Shown piece by piece: positions 44,673-53,741 of a stretch of 64,000 nucleotides of DNA. The notes beneath the pieces are model-generated. The model saw nothing but the letters and a program-made list of their open reading frames with translations, did no database searches and was not told the DNA's origin. Both the position numbers and the translations under genes were made by a program. Positions within the stretch are counted from its first letter, which is position 1. Each line of letters begins with the position of its first letter. Source of the stretch: Phenylobacterium sp. (GTDB lineage Bacteria > Pseudomonadota > Alphaproteobacteria > Caulobacterales > Caulobacteraceae); the NCBI GenBank assembly GCA_004799545.1, contig SSMU01000019.1:151-64150 (forward strand), in the 5' to 3' direction.

Positions 44673-44999
44673 ATGACGCTTGAGATCGACGACCGGCCGG
44701 CGCCGGCGGACTGCACGACGATGGCCCAGGTGCGCCAGGGCGTGGACGCCCTGGACCGGGCGCTGGTGACCCTGCTGGCCGAGCGCCAGCGCTACATGGA
44801 CGCCGCCGCCCGCATCAAACAGGATCGCGAGGCGGTGCGCGACAATGCCCGCGTCGAGGACGTGGTCGGCAAGGTGAAGGCCCACGCCCGCCTGGCGGGC
44901 CTGTCGGAGGCCATCGCCGAGCCGGTCTGGCGGACCCTGATCGAAGGCTGCATCGCCTATGAGTTCGAGGTCTGGGACGCGCTGAGGACGGATGCCTAG
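44673..44999 (+). CDS. AroQ-class chorismate mutase / isochorismate-pyruvate lyase-like protein
   Basis: A 108-aa helical protein. ..MAQVRQGVDALDRALVTLLAERQRYMDAAARIK...VEDVV.. is the AroQ pattern. Confidence 0.75.
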   Translation: MTLEIDDRPAPADCTTMAQVRQGVDALDRALVTLLAERQRYMDAAARIKQDREAVRDNARVEDVVGKVKAHARLAGLSEAIAEPVWRTLIEGCIAYEFEVWDALRTDA

Positions 45000-45346
45000 G
45001 GCCGCGCCAGATAGGCGTCGATGGCTGCCATCGCCTCGGCCAGCGCCTCGCGCACCTGTGGCAGCAACGTGGGCCCCTGCGCCTCGGCCCGCTCGCAGGC
45101 GTCGCCTAGGGCGAAGGCCCCGACCCCGCGGCCTGCGCCCTTGATGGTGTGCGCCACCTCGCGCCAATCGGGCGCCTCGGGGACCAGCCTGGGCGTCCAG
45201 TCGTCGGCCGATTGGCGGAACAGCTTGAGGACTTCTTTGACCACCGCCGTGTCGCCGGCCACGAAGCGTTCCAGATAGCCGAAATCGACCGCTTCGCCCG
45301 TCCCGTCCCCCATCCCTGTCAACGCCTTCGCCACCCGCCTTGCCAA
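44996..45346 (-). CDS. Hpt (histidine phosphotransfer) domain protein
   Basis: ..WREVAHTIKGAGRGVGAFALGDACERAE.. is the HxxKG Hpt motif. ATG 45313 is an alternative start. Confidence 0.65.
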   Translation of the reverse strand: MARRVAKALTGMGDGTGEAVDFGYLERFVAGDTAVVKEVLKLFRQSADDWTPRLVPEAPDWREVAHTIKGAGRGVGAFALGDACERAEAQGPTLLPQVREALAEAMAAIDAYLARP

Positions 45347-45411
45347 CGCTACGTTTTCGCGTATTTTCCGCGCCCTCGCCGCCGGGGCTGATACTGCACC
45401 GGAGCGACGGC

Positions 45412-45487
<76 letters not shown>

Positions 45488-45510
45488 TGTCCTTCTCGAA
45501 TGAGAACGAC

Positions 45511-46050
45511 CTAGCGAAGCAGGGCCGCCAGCAGGCCGGCGCGCTCGTCGGGGGTGTTGGCGCCGCGCAGGCGGTCGGCGGCGTCCGGGCCGACTGCAAG
45601 CACGACGAGGCCCGCCTCGGCCGCCAGGCGCTTCAGCGGCCAGTCCGGCGCGGTCTCGGGCGGGATGGCCGCCAGGTCGATCGCCATCGGGAGGGGCAGG
45701 CCCTCGAACATCGCCCCGGGCGCGGGCGCCTCGAGCAGCGGGCGCAGGTCGTCGGCGATGAGGGTTGGCGCGTCGACCGCGAGGATCAAGGCGCGGCCGG
45801 CGCCCTCGTCGCGGAGCCGTGCGGCCCCGGCGAGGATGCCGCCACAGGGTCCCTGCCCGTCATCCAGCACGAAGGGCAGGCCGTGATCGGCGCCGGCGGT
45901 GAGCACGGTAGCGATCCCGAGCTCAGCGCAAAGGTCCGCGAGCCGATCGACGGCGCGCACGCCGCCCCAGTCCAGCACCGCCTTGTCGGCGCCCATGCGC
46001 CGGGAGGCCCCGCCGCACAGGATCACGCCGGCGGTCGCTGCTGACAGCAC
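45511..46050 (-). CDS. mobA: molybdenum cofactor guanylyltransferase
   Basis: ..GVILCGGASRRMGADKAVL.. is the MobA P-loop-like motif. GTG 46050 begins 2 nt after the YdeP-like stop codon. Confidence 0.7.
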   Translation of the reverse strand: MLSAATAGVILCGGASRRMGADKAVLDWGGVRAVDRLADLCAELGIATVLTAGADHGLPFVLDDGQGPCGGILAGAARLRDEGAGRALILAVDAPTLIADDLRPLLEAPAPGAMFEGLPLPMAIDLAAIPPETAPDWPLKRLAAEAGLVVLAVGPDAADRLRGANTPDERAGLLAALLR

Positions 46051-46052
46051 GG

Positions 46053-48356
46053 TCAGGCCGGATCGACGAGGATGCGCACCGGCACGGTCTTGGCGGCCGG
46101 CGTCTTGCTCTCCTCGGCGCAGTGGCTGACCGGGATCAGCAGGTTGCACTCGGGGTAGTAGGCCCCGAGGCAGCCCTGCGGCAGGTCGTAGCGGGTGACC
46201 CGCAGATCGCGCTTGATGCGCTCGACGTTGTCGCTGCTGACGGTGACCAGCGCCACCTTGCGACCCTCCTCAAGGCCCAGCCGCGCCATGTCGGCGGCGC
46301 TGATCAGGAGCACCTCGCGGGTCCCGGAGATGCCGCGCAGCCGGTCGTCGTAGCCGTAGACCGTGGTGTTGAACTGGTCGTTGGAGCGGAGCGTCATCAG
46401 CCGGAAGATGTCGGGCCCATCGGCGAAGCCGGTGGCGGAGAGGGCGGTGGGCGTGACGAAGTTGGCCTTGCCGCCGGGCGCGTCGCTGAAGTCGCGGTTC
46501 CTCGCCTTGTTCGGCCGGTGGAAGCCGCCGGGATCGTGGAAGCGGGCGTTGTAGCCTTCGAACCACTGCGGATAGGTCTCCTCGATGGCCTCGCGGACCC
46601 GGCCGTAGTCGCCGAGCCAGGCGTCCCAGTCGACCTTCGGATTGGGGGCCAGGGTCGCCTTGGCGATGCCGGCCACGATGGCGGGCTCGGAGCGCAGGTT
46701 ATGGCTGGCCGGGGCGCGATCGCCGAACGAGGCGTGGATGCAGCTGGTGGAATCCTCGGTGGAGACGGTCTGCGGCCCGCCGGCCTGGACGTCGCGCTCG
46801 ATGCGGCTGAGGCAGGGCAGCAGATAGGCGACGCGGCCGTTGATCAGGTGGCTGCGGTTCAGCTTGGTGGCGATCTGCACGGTGAGCGGCAGCTGGCGCC
46901 AGGCCTCCTCGACGCGCGGGCTGTCGGGGATGGCGCGCAGGAAGTTACCGCCGAGCCCGATGAAGCCGCCGACCGTACCCGCCAGCACGCCCTCGCAGAC
47001 ATCGACCGTGGCCATGCCGTGGTAGCGGGGCGGCTCGAAGCCGAACTGCTCCTTGAGCTTGTCGAGGGGCACGAGCTCCGGCTTCTCGCTGATCCCCACC
47101 GTCCGCTGGCCCTGGACGTTGGAGTGGCCGCGCACCGGGCAGAGGCCCGCGCCGCGCCGGCCGATCATGCCGCGCATGAGCATCAGGTTGCAGATCATCC
47201 GCACGGCCTGGACGCCCAGCACGTGCTGGGTGATGCCCATGCCGTAGACGGCCATGGCGGCGGTGCTGCCGGCGTAGGTCGCGGCCGCATGGCGGATGTC
47301 GTCGGCGGCGAGGCCGGACTCCCGTTCGATATCCGCCCAGCTGGTGGCGCGGCAGAAGGCGGCGAACGCGTCGTAGCCGTGGGTTAGCTCGGCGATAAAG
47401 GCGTGGTCGATGGGACCGACGCCGCCTGCGGCCCGCTGACGGTCATCCTCCTCGATCAGCCACTTGCAGAGGCCGGTGATGACCGCGATGTCGCCGCCCG
47501 CCCGGAGCTGGTGGTACTCGCTGCTGATCGGCGTCGCCTGGCCGCTCAGCATCTGGAACGGCGACTGCGGATTGACGAACCGCTCCAGCCCCCGTTCCTT
47601 CAATGGGTTGAAGGTGATGATCGGCGCGCCGCGCTTCGAGGCGTCCTGCAGAAGGTGCAGCATCCTGGGGCTGTTGGAGCCCACGTTCTGGCCGAAGAAC
47701 AACATGCAGTCGGTGGCTTCGAAGTCGTCGAGAACCACGGTGCCGACCGGCGCACCGACGCTCTGCTTGAGGCCCACCGAGGTGCTCTCGTGGCACATGT
47801 TGGAGCTGTCGGGCAGGTTCTGGCTGCCGTACATGCGCGCCAGCAGGGCGTACATGTAGGAGGTCTCCAGGGCGGCGCGGCCGGAGGCGTAGAAGACCAC
47901 GGTCTTGGGATCGAGCCGCTTCAGCTCGGCGCCGATCGCCTGGTAGGCCTCGTCCCAGCCGCAGGGCTCGTAGCGGTCGGTGTCTGGGTTGTAGCGCAGG
48001 GGGTCGGTGAGCCGGCCGGTCTGCTCCAGGTCGTAGTCGCTCCAGTCGAGCAGCTCGCTCACTGTGTGGGTGGCGAAGAACTCGGGCGTGCAGCGGCGGG
48101 GCGTGAGGTCCCAGGCGGTGGCCTTGGCGCCGTTCTCGCAGAACTCCGCGGGGTGCGGCTTGGCGGGCTTGGCCCAGGCGCAGCTGACGCACATGAAGCC
48201 GTCGGCCTTGTTCTGGCGCAGGAGCTCGCCGGCCGGCAGGTCCCGCTCGGCGCGGAACACCTTGGCCATGCCGGTGATCGAGCCCCAGCCGCCGACCGGG
48301 CCCTTGTAGGGACTGATCTTGACCTTCCGGCGGCTATGTTTGCGGGTACCGCTCAT
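46053..48356 (-). CDS. FdhF/YdeP family molybdopterin oxidoreductase
   Basis: ATG 48356 (MSGTRKHSRRKVKISPYKGPVGGWGSITG..FMCVSCAWAKP..). The 767-aa product has a typical YdeP N-terminus and Cys cluster. The rest of the 965-aa track ORF upstream is noise. Confidence 0.85.
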   Translation of the reverse strand: MSGTRKHSRRKVKISPYKGPVGGWGSITGMAKVFRAERDLPAGELLRQNKADGFMCVSCAWAKPAKPHPAEFCENGAKATAWDLTPRRCTPEFFATHTVSELLDWSDYDLEQTGRLTDPLRYNPDTDRYEPCGWDEAYQAIGAELKRLDPKTVVFYASGRAALETSYMYALLARMYGSQNLPDSSNMCHESTSVGLKQSVGAPVGTVVLDDFEATDCMLFFGQNVGSNSPRMLHLLQDASKRGAPIITFNPLKERGLERFVNPQSPFQMLSGQATPISSEYHQLRAGGDIAVITGLCKWLIEEDDRQRAAGGVGPIDHAFIAELTHGYDAFAAFCRATSWADIERESGLAADDIRHAAATYAGSTAAMAVYGMGITQHVLGVQAVRMICNLMLMRGMIGRRGAGLCPVRGHSNVQGQRTVGISEKPELVPLDKLKEQFGFEPPRYHGMATVDVCEGVLAGTVGGFIGLGGNFLRAIPDSPRVEEAWRQLPLTVQIATKLNRSHLINGRVAYLLPCLSRIERDVQAGGPQTVSTEDSTSCIHASFGDRAPASHNLRSEPAIVAGIAKATLAPNPKVDWDAWLGDYGRVREAIEETYPQWFEGYNARFHDPGGFHRPNKARNRDFSDAPGGKANFVTPTALSATGFADGPDIFRLMTLRSNDQFNTTVYGYDDRLRGISGTREVLLISAADMARLGLEEGRKVALVTVSSDNVERIKRDLRVTRYDLPQGCLGAYYPECNLLIPVSHCAEESKTPAAKTVPVRILVDPA

Positions 48357-48386
48357 GATCGCCCTGCCCTCGCCGCAACACCCATC

Positions 48387-49205
48387 ATGACAAACGCCCG
48401 CGACATCGCGCCGATCCCGGTCAGCCGCACCCGAGCGGTGTCGCGCGTCGGCCGGGACGGCGCAAGGCCGGACACCCGCGCGCTCGCCGAGGAGACGCCG
48501 GTCGCGCTGATCCACGACGCGACCACCACCGCGGTGATGATGGCGACGCCGGCCGACATCGAGGACTTCGCCGTAGGGTTCAGCCTGACGGAGGGGATCA
48601 TCGCGGACCCTGCGGAAATCCGGGAGCTGGAGGTGGCGGCAGGCGACCTCGGCGTCGAGGCCCGGATGTGGCTGGCCAAGCCGCGGGGCGAGGCGCTGGC
48701 GGCGCGGCGACGGCTGCTCGCCGGGCCTACGGGCTGCGGGCTCTGCGGCGTCGAGAGCCTGGCTGAAGCCCTGCGGCCGACGCCGCTGGTGGGCAAGGGC
48801 TTCCGGGTCACCGCCGAAGAGATCTGGGCCGCGCTCGACGCCCTTCCGGCGGCCCAGACGCTGGGCGCGGTCACCCGGGCCGTCCACGCCGCCGGCTGGT
48901 GGACGCCGGGGGTCGGCTTTGCGGCCGTGCGCGAGGACGTCGGCCGCCACAACGCCCTGGACAAGCTGGTGGGGGCGCTGGCCCGCGCGGCCCAGCCCTG
49001 CGCCCCCGGCCTGCTGGTCCTGACCAGCCGCGTCTCCGTCGAGATGGTGCAGAAGGCCGCGGTGCTGGGGGCTCAGGTGCTGGTCGCGGTCTCGGCGCCG
49101 ACGACGCTGGCGATCGCCACGGCGGAGCGCGCCGGCATGACCCTGATCGGCGTGGCGCGGCCGGACAGCTTCGAGGTGTTCACGCGCGGCGACCGCGTCG
49201 TCTAG
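48387..49205 (+). CDS. fdhD: formate dehydrogenase accessory sulfurtransferase
   Basis: ..ETPVALIHDATTTAVMMATPADIEDFAVGFSLTEG...GCGLCG...GRHNALDKL.. are FdhD motifs. ATG 48387 lies inside track ORF 47403..49205. Confidence 0.85.
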   Translation: MTNARDIAPIPVSRTRAVSRVGRDGARPDTRALAEETPVALIHDATTTAVMMATPADIEDFAVGFSLTEGIIADPAEIRELEVAAGDLGVEARMWLAKPRGEALAARRRLLAGPTGCGLCGVESLAEALRPTPLVGKGFRVTAEEIWAALDALPAAQTLGAVTRAVHAAGWWTPGVGFAAVREDVGRHNALDKLVGALARAAQPCAPGLLVLTSRVSVEMVQKAAVLGAQVLVAVSAPTTLAIATAERAGMTLIGVARPDSFEVFTRGDRVV

Positions 49206-50536
49206 CTACCGTACTGCAGGCTGACGTGGGTGGCGCCCAACATCGCCAGCTCGCCGGCCCGGCGCTCGGAGCGGACGCAATAGACCATCACCGACTTGGC
49301 GACCCGCTTGGCCTTGCGGATGGTGCGTTCGGCCCAGTCGCTGAACTCGTCGTCGGCGAGGCTGGGCGGGCATTCGATGGAGAGCGCACGCAGGCCCGTG
49401 CCCTTGAGCCGGCGCACCAGCGGCGGAGCGGCGGTGGTCAGGCGGCCTTCCACCAGCAGGATGAAGGGCTTGATCATGGAAACCGCCGCCAGCAGTGAGC
49501 CGGTGGGCACGCCTTCGATATCGCAGATCTCGCAGATCACGCCGCACTTCACGAGCTTGCCGGCCTCGCGCAGCGGCTGGACCAGGTGGGCGCGGCCGCG
49601 GCTCGACGACAGGCTGGCGTAGGACAGCGGGATGATCAGGCTGAGGTGCTCCTCCTCGGCGGCCTCGGCCTGCAGCCGGTCGATGCCACGGGCGACCGTC
49701 GCGAGGTCGACCTTGAGCAGGTCGGCGGCGGAGAGGTTCGCCATCTGGGCCGCGTTCAGGACCTCGTTGTTGCGGATGACGATCACCCGCCGGATCATCC
49801 GGAAGCCGATGCGGGTGAAGCCCTTCAGTTCGTAGACCGGCTCCAGGTTGGTCGAGACCCGCAGGTTGCGGCCGTCGGAGGAGATGAAGGGGGACCACTG
49901 GTCGACGATCTTGCGCGCCGGGGGCGTGGCGGCCGGCAGCAGCGGCATGGAGAGGCTGGCCAGGGCCTCGCCGTCGGCCGGCGGCGCCTCCTCGGGCTCT
50001 TCTCCGTCGGCCTGTTCGGCGGCGCCGACGTCGATCAGCTTGGCCTCGACCGAGCCCTTGGCGATCCGGGTCACCTGCAGCACGCCCTCGCCGGCCATGT
50101 GGGCGTCGCCGAGGAAGTGGTTGAAGATCTCCCGCAGGTAGCGGAGGCAGGCGGCCTGGCCGGCGAGGCGGCCGTAGTCCGGCTGGACGATCAGGAAGTC
50201 GGTCGTCGAGACCCGCAGGAACAGGCCCCGCGGCCCGACTCCGCGCTCAAGCACACGCTCGCTGAAGCCGTAGACCTGGTCCTGACGCAGCGCCCAGCGG
50301 GCGCCCAGTCGGGTCTGTACGGCCTCGACGGAGATCAGGTTGACCTTGCCGGCGGCCAGCAGGGTGCGGTCATTGAAGCGTTCGAGGGAGGCTTCGAGGC
50401 CGGCGGAGACCAGGCGTGGGACCGCCGCCGCAACCGCCTCCGCGGCCGCACCCTCCTCGGGACGGGCAGCTGCCGCGCCGCTCGGCCGCACGCAAAACCC
50501 CTTACACCACCTCCCGCATACGGCGGGACTTTGCAT
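49202..50536 (-). CDS. hypothetical protein resembling a degenerate GGDEF-EAL pair
   Basis: The N-terminal half has ..LFLRVSTTDFLIVQPD.. where RxGGDEF would sit. The C-terminal half follows EAL-domain spacing with altered catalytic residues (..PVYELKGFTRIGFRM.., ..LSLIIPLS.., ..VICEICDIEG.., ..LSIECPP.., ..VYCVRSE..GATHVSLQYG). The start is uncertain (ATG 50536 or GTG 50491). Confidence 0.5.
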   Translation of the reverse strand: MQSPAVCGRWCKGFCVRPSGAAAARPEEGAAAEAVAAAVPRLVSAGLEASLERFNDRTLLAAGKVNLISVEAVQTRLGARWALRQDQVYGFSERVLERGVGPRGLFLRVSTTDFLIVQPDYGRLAGQAACLRYLREIFNHFLGDAHMAGEGVLQVTRIAKGSVEAKLIDVGAAEQADGEEPEEAPPADGEALASLSMPLLPAATPPARKIVDQWSPFISSDGRNLRVSTNLEPVYELKGFTRIGFRMIRRVIVIRNNEVLNAAQMANLSAADLLKVDLATVARGIDRLQAEAAEEEHLSLIIPLSYASLSSSRGRAHLVQPLREAGKLVKCGVICEICDIEGVPTGSLLAAVSMIKPFILLVEGRLTTAAPPLVRRLKGTGLRALSIECPPSLADDEFSDWAERTIRKAKRVAKSVMVYCVRSERRAGELAMLGATHVSLQYGS

Positions 50537-50593
50537 TGTGCCTGCAAAGGGTTAACCGGCCTTCCAACGTCCCGCGATGGCGGACACCGTACG

Positions 50594-50627
50594 CAAAGAA
50601 GCCCCGCGCGACCTTCGCCGGCGGGGC
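50594..50627 (-). terminator. terminator candidate after the SWIB gene (possibly bidirectional)
   Basis: Stem GCCCCGC (50601-50607) pairs with GCGGGGC (50621-50627). On the minus strand it is followed by TTCTTTG; the plus-strand side is followed by CTCCTTTT. Confidence 0.55.
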
Positions 50628-50682
50628 CTCCTTTTAGCAATCAACCTCGCCGCGGCGGACCCGCCACGACGTAAACCCGCGC

Positions 50683-50943
50683 CTACTTCAGGTGCTGGGC
50701 GAGGTGCTTGTTCATCTCGAACATGCTGACCCGGTCGCGGCCGCCGAACACCGGCTTCAGCTTGGCGTCGGCCACGATCTCGCGCTTGTTCTGCGGGTTC
50801 TGCAGGTTGTTCTTCTTGATGTAGTCCCAGATCTTGGAGACGACTTCGCCCCGGGACAGTTGTCCCGGTCCGACCACCGCCGCCAGTTCGGGCGACGGAG
50901 TCATGGGCTTTTGAAGGGCATTGTTCTTCTTGATATCGGCCAT
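50683..50943 (-). CDS. SWIB/MDM2 domain-containing protein
   Basis: MADIKKNNALQKPMTPSPELAAVVGPGQLSRGEVVSKIWDYIKKNNLQNPQNKREIVADAKLKPVFG.. is the canonical bacterial SWIB domain. Confidence 0.8.
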   Translation of the reverse strand: MADIKKNNALQKPMTPSPELAAVVGPGQLSRGEVVSKIWDYIKKNNLQNPQNKREIVADAKLKPVFGGRDRVSMFEMNKHLAQHLK

Positions 50944-51065
50944 TGGGCTCCCCCAGCTAGAATTCCGGCGGCTTGTCGCCACGCGCTATGCGTAGACTGA
51001 GTCGCTTGGGCGTCATCCTAGGAGCGCAAAGCGCCGCGCGCCACATTTCAAGCGCGTGACGGCCC

Positions 51066-51260
51066 TCAGAGCCCGAAGATCACCCGCAGGATCCCGAAGA
51101 AGCTGCTCATGGTGAGGGCCCAGAACCCGAATGCGGCGGCCCAGGTGACCCAGATGAAGGCGCGTTCGCCCACGTATCCCTGGGTCGGGCCCATAGGGGT
51201 CGTGCGGTCGACGCGGACGGGATCGACGGCATAGGTCCCGTCGAAGGTGGTGGCGGACAT
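51066..51260 (-). CDS. small membrane protein (64 aa), hypothetical
   Basis: ATG 51260 inside track ORF 51066..51557. One TM segment (FIWVTWAAAFGFWALTMSSFFGIL) and GC-rich third positions. Confidence 0.45.
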   Translation of the reverse strand: MSATTFDGTYAVDPVRVDRTTPMGPTQGYVGERAFIWVTWAAAFGFWALTMSSFFGILRVIFGL

Positions 51261-51411
51261 GGTCAGGCCTCGCTTGAAGGACGCCGGCCGAGCCGGCTTT
51301 TGACGACCAACCCGGACGAGGGCCGCGCCGTTCCGCCGCGCGCCGTTGACTTCCGCACGGTCCGGCCCGCCAAATCGCACCCAACGACAATGAATTTTGG
51401 GGAGAACGGCG

Positions 51412-53046
51412 ATGACCGCATGGACCTTCGCCGACATCTGGGAAGCGATCTCGGCCGCCCAGCCTGAGCGGCCGGCCAATATCCAGGGCGATCGGGTCCT
51501 GACCTGGGGCGAGTTCGACGCCCGAGCCGACGCCCTGGCCGCCCACCTCATAGGCAAGGGCCTCGGCCATCAAGCCAAGGTCGCCGCCTACCTCTACAAC
51601 GGGCCGGAATACCTCGAGACCTACTTCGCGGCCTTCAAGGCCGGCTACGCCCCGGTGAACACCAACTACCGCTACGGACCCGAAGAGCTCACCTACCTGT
51701 TCGACAACGCCGACGCCGAAGCCATCGTGTTCCACGCGGGCTTCGCCGAGATGGTCGAGGCGATCCGCGGACGGCTGCCGAAGGTGAAGGCCTGGATCGC
51801 GGTGGCCGAGCCGGGTTCTCCCACGCCCGCCTGGGCCGATGACTATGACGCCATCGTCGCGCGCGTCCCCGCCCAGCGACCGGTGAAGGCGCCCTGGGGC
51901 CGCTCGCCCGACGACCTGCTGCTGCTCTACACCGGCGGCACCACCGGCATGCCCAAGGGGGTGATGTGGCGGCAGGACGACCTGTTCAACGTCATCGGGG
52001 CCGGCGGCAACGCCGCGCTGGGCATTCCGCCCGCGACCTCGATCGAGGAGCTGGTGGAGCGCATCGGCTCGCCCGAGCACCTGCGCCCGATGAGCCTGGT
52101 CGCCTGCCCGCAGATGCACGGCACCGGGCAGTTCTCGTCCTTCATCACCTTCAACGCCGGCGGCACGGTCGCCACCCTGCCCTCGCGCAAGTTCAACCCG
52201 ATCGAGCTGTGGAACGAGGCCGAGCGGCTGCAGGCCAGCGGCATCGTCATCGTGGGCCTGGCCTTCTCCACCCCGATGCTGGAGGCGCTGGAGGCCCATC
52301 CCGGCCGCTGGGACCTTTCGGGCGTCCGGGCGATGAGCTCGTCCGGCTCGATGTGGAGCCAGGAGAACAAGCGCGGCCTGCTCAGCCACGCCAGGAACGC
52401 GGTGATCATGGACAGCTTCGGCTCGTCGGAGGCCGTGGGCATGGGGATCTCCGCCTCCGCGCCCGGCGCCGAGACGGCGACCGCGGCCTTCGCGCTCGGC
52501 CCCAACTGCGGGGTGTTCGCCGAGGATGGCCGGCGCATCGCGCCGGGTTCGGGCGAGCGGGGCCTGGTGGCGGTCACCGGCTTCCTGCCGATGGGCTACT
52601 ACAAGGACGCCGAGAAGAGCGACAAGACTTTCAAGACCCTGGACGGCCAGCGCTGGAGCGTGCCGGGCGATTGGGCGGAGGTGAACGCCGACGGCACCCT
52701 GAAGCTGCTGGGCCGCGGCTCCGTCTGCATCAACACCGGCGGCGAGAAGGTCTTCCCCGAAGAGGTGGAGGAGGCGCTGAAGACCCATCCCAACGTCCGC
52801 GACGCCGTGGTGGTGGGCGTCCCGGACGCCCGGTTCGGCGAGCGGATCTGCGCCGTGGTCGAGCCGGCGACCGCCGACCTGCCGACGCTGGGCGAGCTTT
52901 CAGAGCACGTCCGGGCGCATCTGGCGGCCTACAAGGCGCCGCGCGAACTGGTGGTGGTGGACAGCATCGGCCGCGCGCCCAACGGCAAGGTCGACTACAA
53001 GGCCATCAAGGATCGAGCGCTGAAGGCTCTTAACGAGCCGGCCTGA
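51412..53046 (+). CDS. acyl-CoA synthetase (AMP-dependent synthetase/ligase family)
   Basis: AMP-binding motif LLLYTGGTTGMPKGVMW, followed by ..GSSEAVG.. and a C-terminal ..NGKVDYKA.. The start is ATG 51412. Confidence 0.85.
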   Translation: MTAWTFADIWEAISAAQPERPANIQGDRVLTWGEFDARADALAAHLIGKGLGHQAKVAAYLYNGPEYLETYFAAFKAGYAPVNTNYRYGPEELTYLFDNADAEAIVFHAGFAEMVEAIRGRLPKVKAWIAVAEPGSPTPAWADDYDAIVARVPAQRPVKAPWGRSPDDLLLLYTGGTTGMPKGVMWRQDDLFNVIGAGGNAALGIPPATSIEELVERIGSPEHLRPMSLVACPQMHGTGQFSSFITFNAGGTVATLPSRKFNPIELWNEAERLQASGIVIVGLAFSTPMLEALEAHPGRWDLSGVRAMSSSGSMWSQENKRGLLSHARNAVIMDSFGSSEAVGMGISASAPGAETATAAFALGPNCGVFAEDGRRIAPGSGERGLVAVTGFLPMGYYKDAEKSDKTFKTLDGQRWSVPGDWAEVNADGTLKLLGRGSVCINTGGEKVFPEEVEEALKTHPNVRDAVVVGVPDARFGERICAVVEPATADLPTLGELSEHVRAHLAAYKAPRELVVVDSIGRAPNGKVDYKAIKDRALKALNEPA

Positions 53047-53052
53047 GACGCC

Positions 53053-53454
53053 TCAATCGGCGTCGCCGACCGGCTCCATGGCGCCGCGCAGGCTGCGGAC
53101 GAAGTCCACCAGGGCGCTCCGCGCCGATCCGCGAGGCAGCTCGGCGTAGGCGCGCAGCAGTTCGAGCGCGCCCGGTTGCGACAGCAGGGCGGCGACCTCA
53201 TCGATGGCGCCGGCTGAGCTCGAGGCCTCGCCGAACAGTTCGGCCACCGGCGACTGCAGGGCGGCGGCGATGCGGGCCAGCATTGAGGCGCTGACGCGGT
53301 TGGCGCCGCGCTCGTACTTCTGGATCTGCTGGAAGGTGACGCCGGCCGCGTCGGCCAGCGCCTGCTGGGACTGGCCGCGCATCTTGCGCAGCAGCCGGAT
53401 GCGGGCGCCCACGGCGACGTCGATCGGATCGGCAAGCAATTCGGACCCCCGCAC
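53053..53454 (-). CDS. XRE-family helix-turn-helix transcriptional regulator
   Basis: [52 protein letters not shown] is an HTH_3 type motif. Confidence 0.8.
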   Translation of the reverse strand: MRGSELLADPIDVAVGARIRLLRKMRGQSQQALADAAGVTFQQIQKYERGANRVSASMLARIAAALQSPVAELFGEASSSAGAIDEVAALLSQPGALELLRAYAELPRGSARSALVDFVRSLRGAMEPVGDAD

Positions 53455-53456
53455 GC

Positions 53457-53675
53457 TCAGTCCGCCCGTCCGTCGGGCGCCCGGTCCGCGGCGCGCCCGG
53501 CGCCGTCGGAAATCCAGTAGCAGGCCTCAGCGATGGCCATGCCGACGGCGCGGCGCAGCGGCCCGACAGCGGGCGTTTCGCGCTCCAGCGTCATCAGCTC
53601 CTCCTCATAGGCGGTGAGCAGCTCGACGAGGTTGCGGGCGACTTCCCGCGTCCTGTCGGGATCGGTCGGCCTCAT
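53457..53675 (-). CDS. hypothetical 72-aa protein upstream of the XRE regulator
   Basis: ATG 53675 ([33 protein letters not shown]..). GC-rich third positions. The stop codon lies 2 nt before the regulator's start. Confidence 0.45.
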   Translation of the reverse strand: MRPTDPDRTREVARNLVELLTAYEEELMTLERETPAVGPLRRAVGMAIAEACYWISDGAGRAADRAPDGRAD

Positions 53676-53741
53676 GGTCGCTCCCCGGAAGGGGCGCAAC
53701 CTTGAGCATTGCGACGCCGAATGCAAGCCGGGGCGGCGCCA

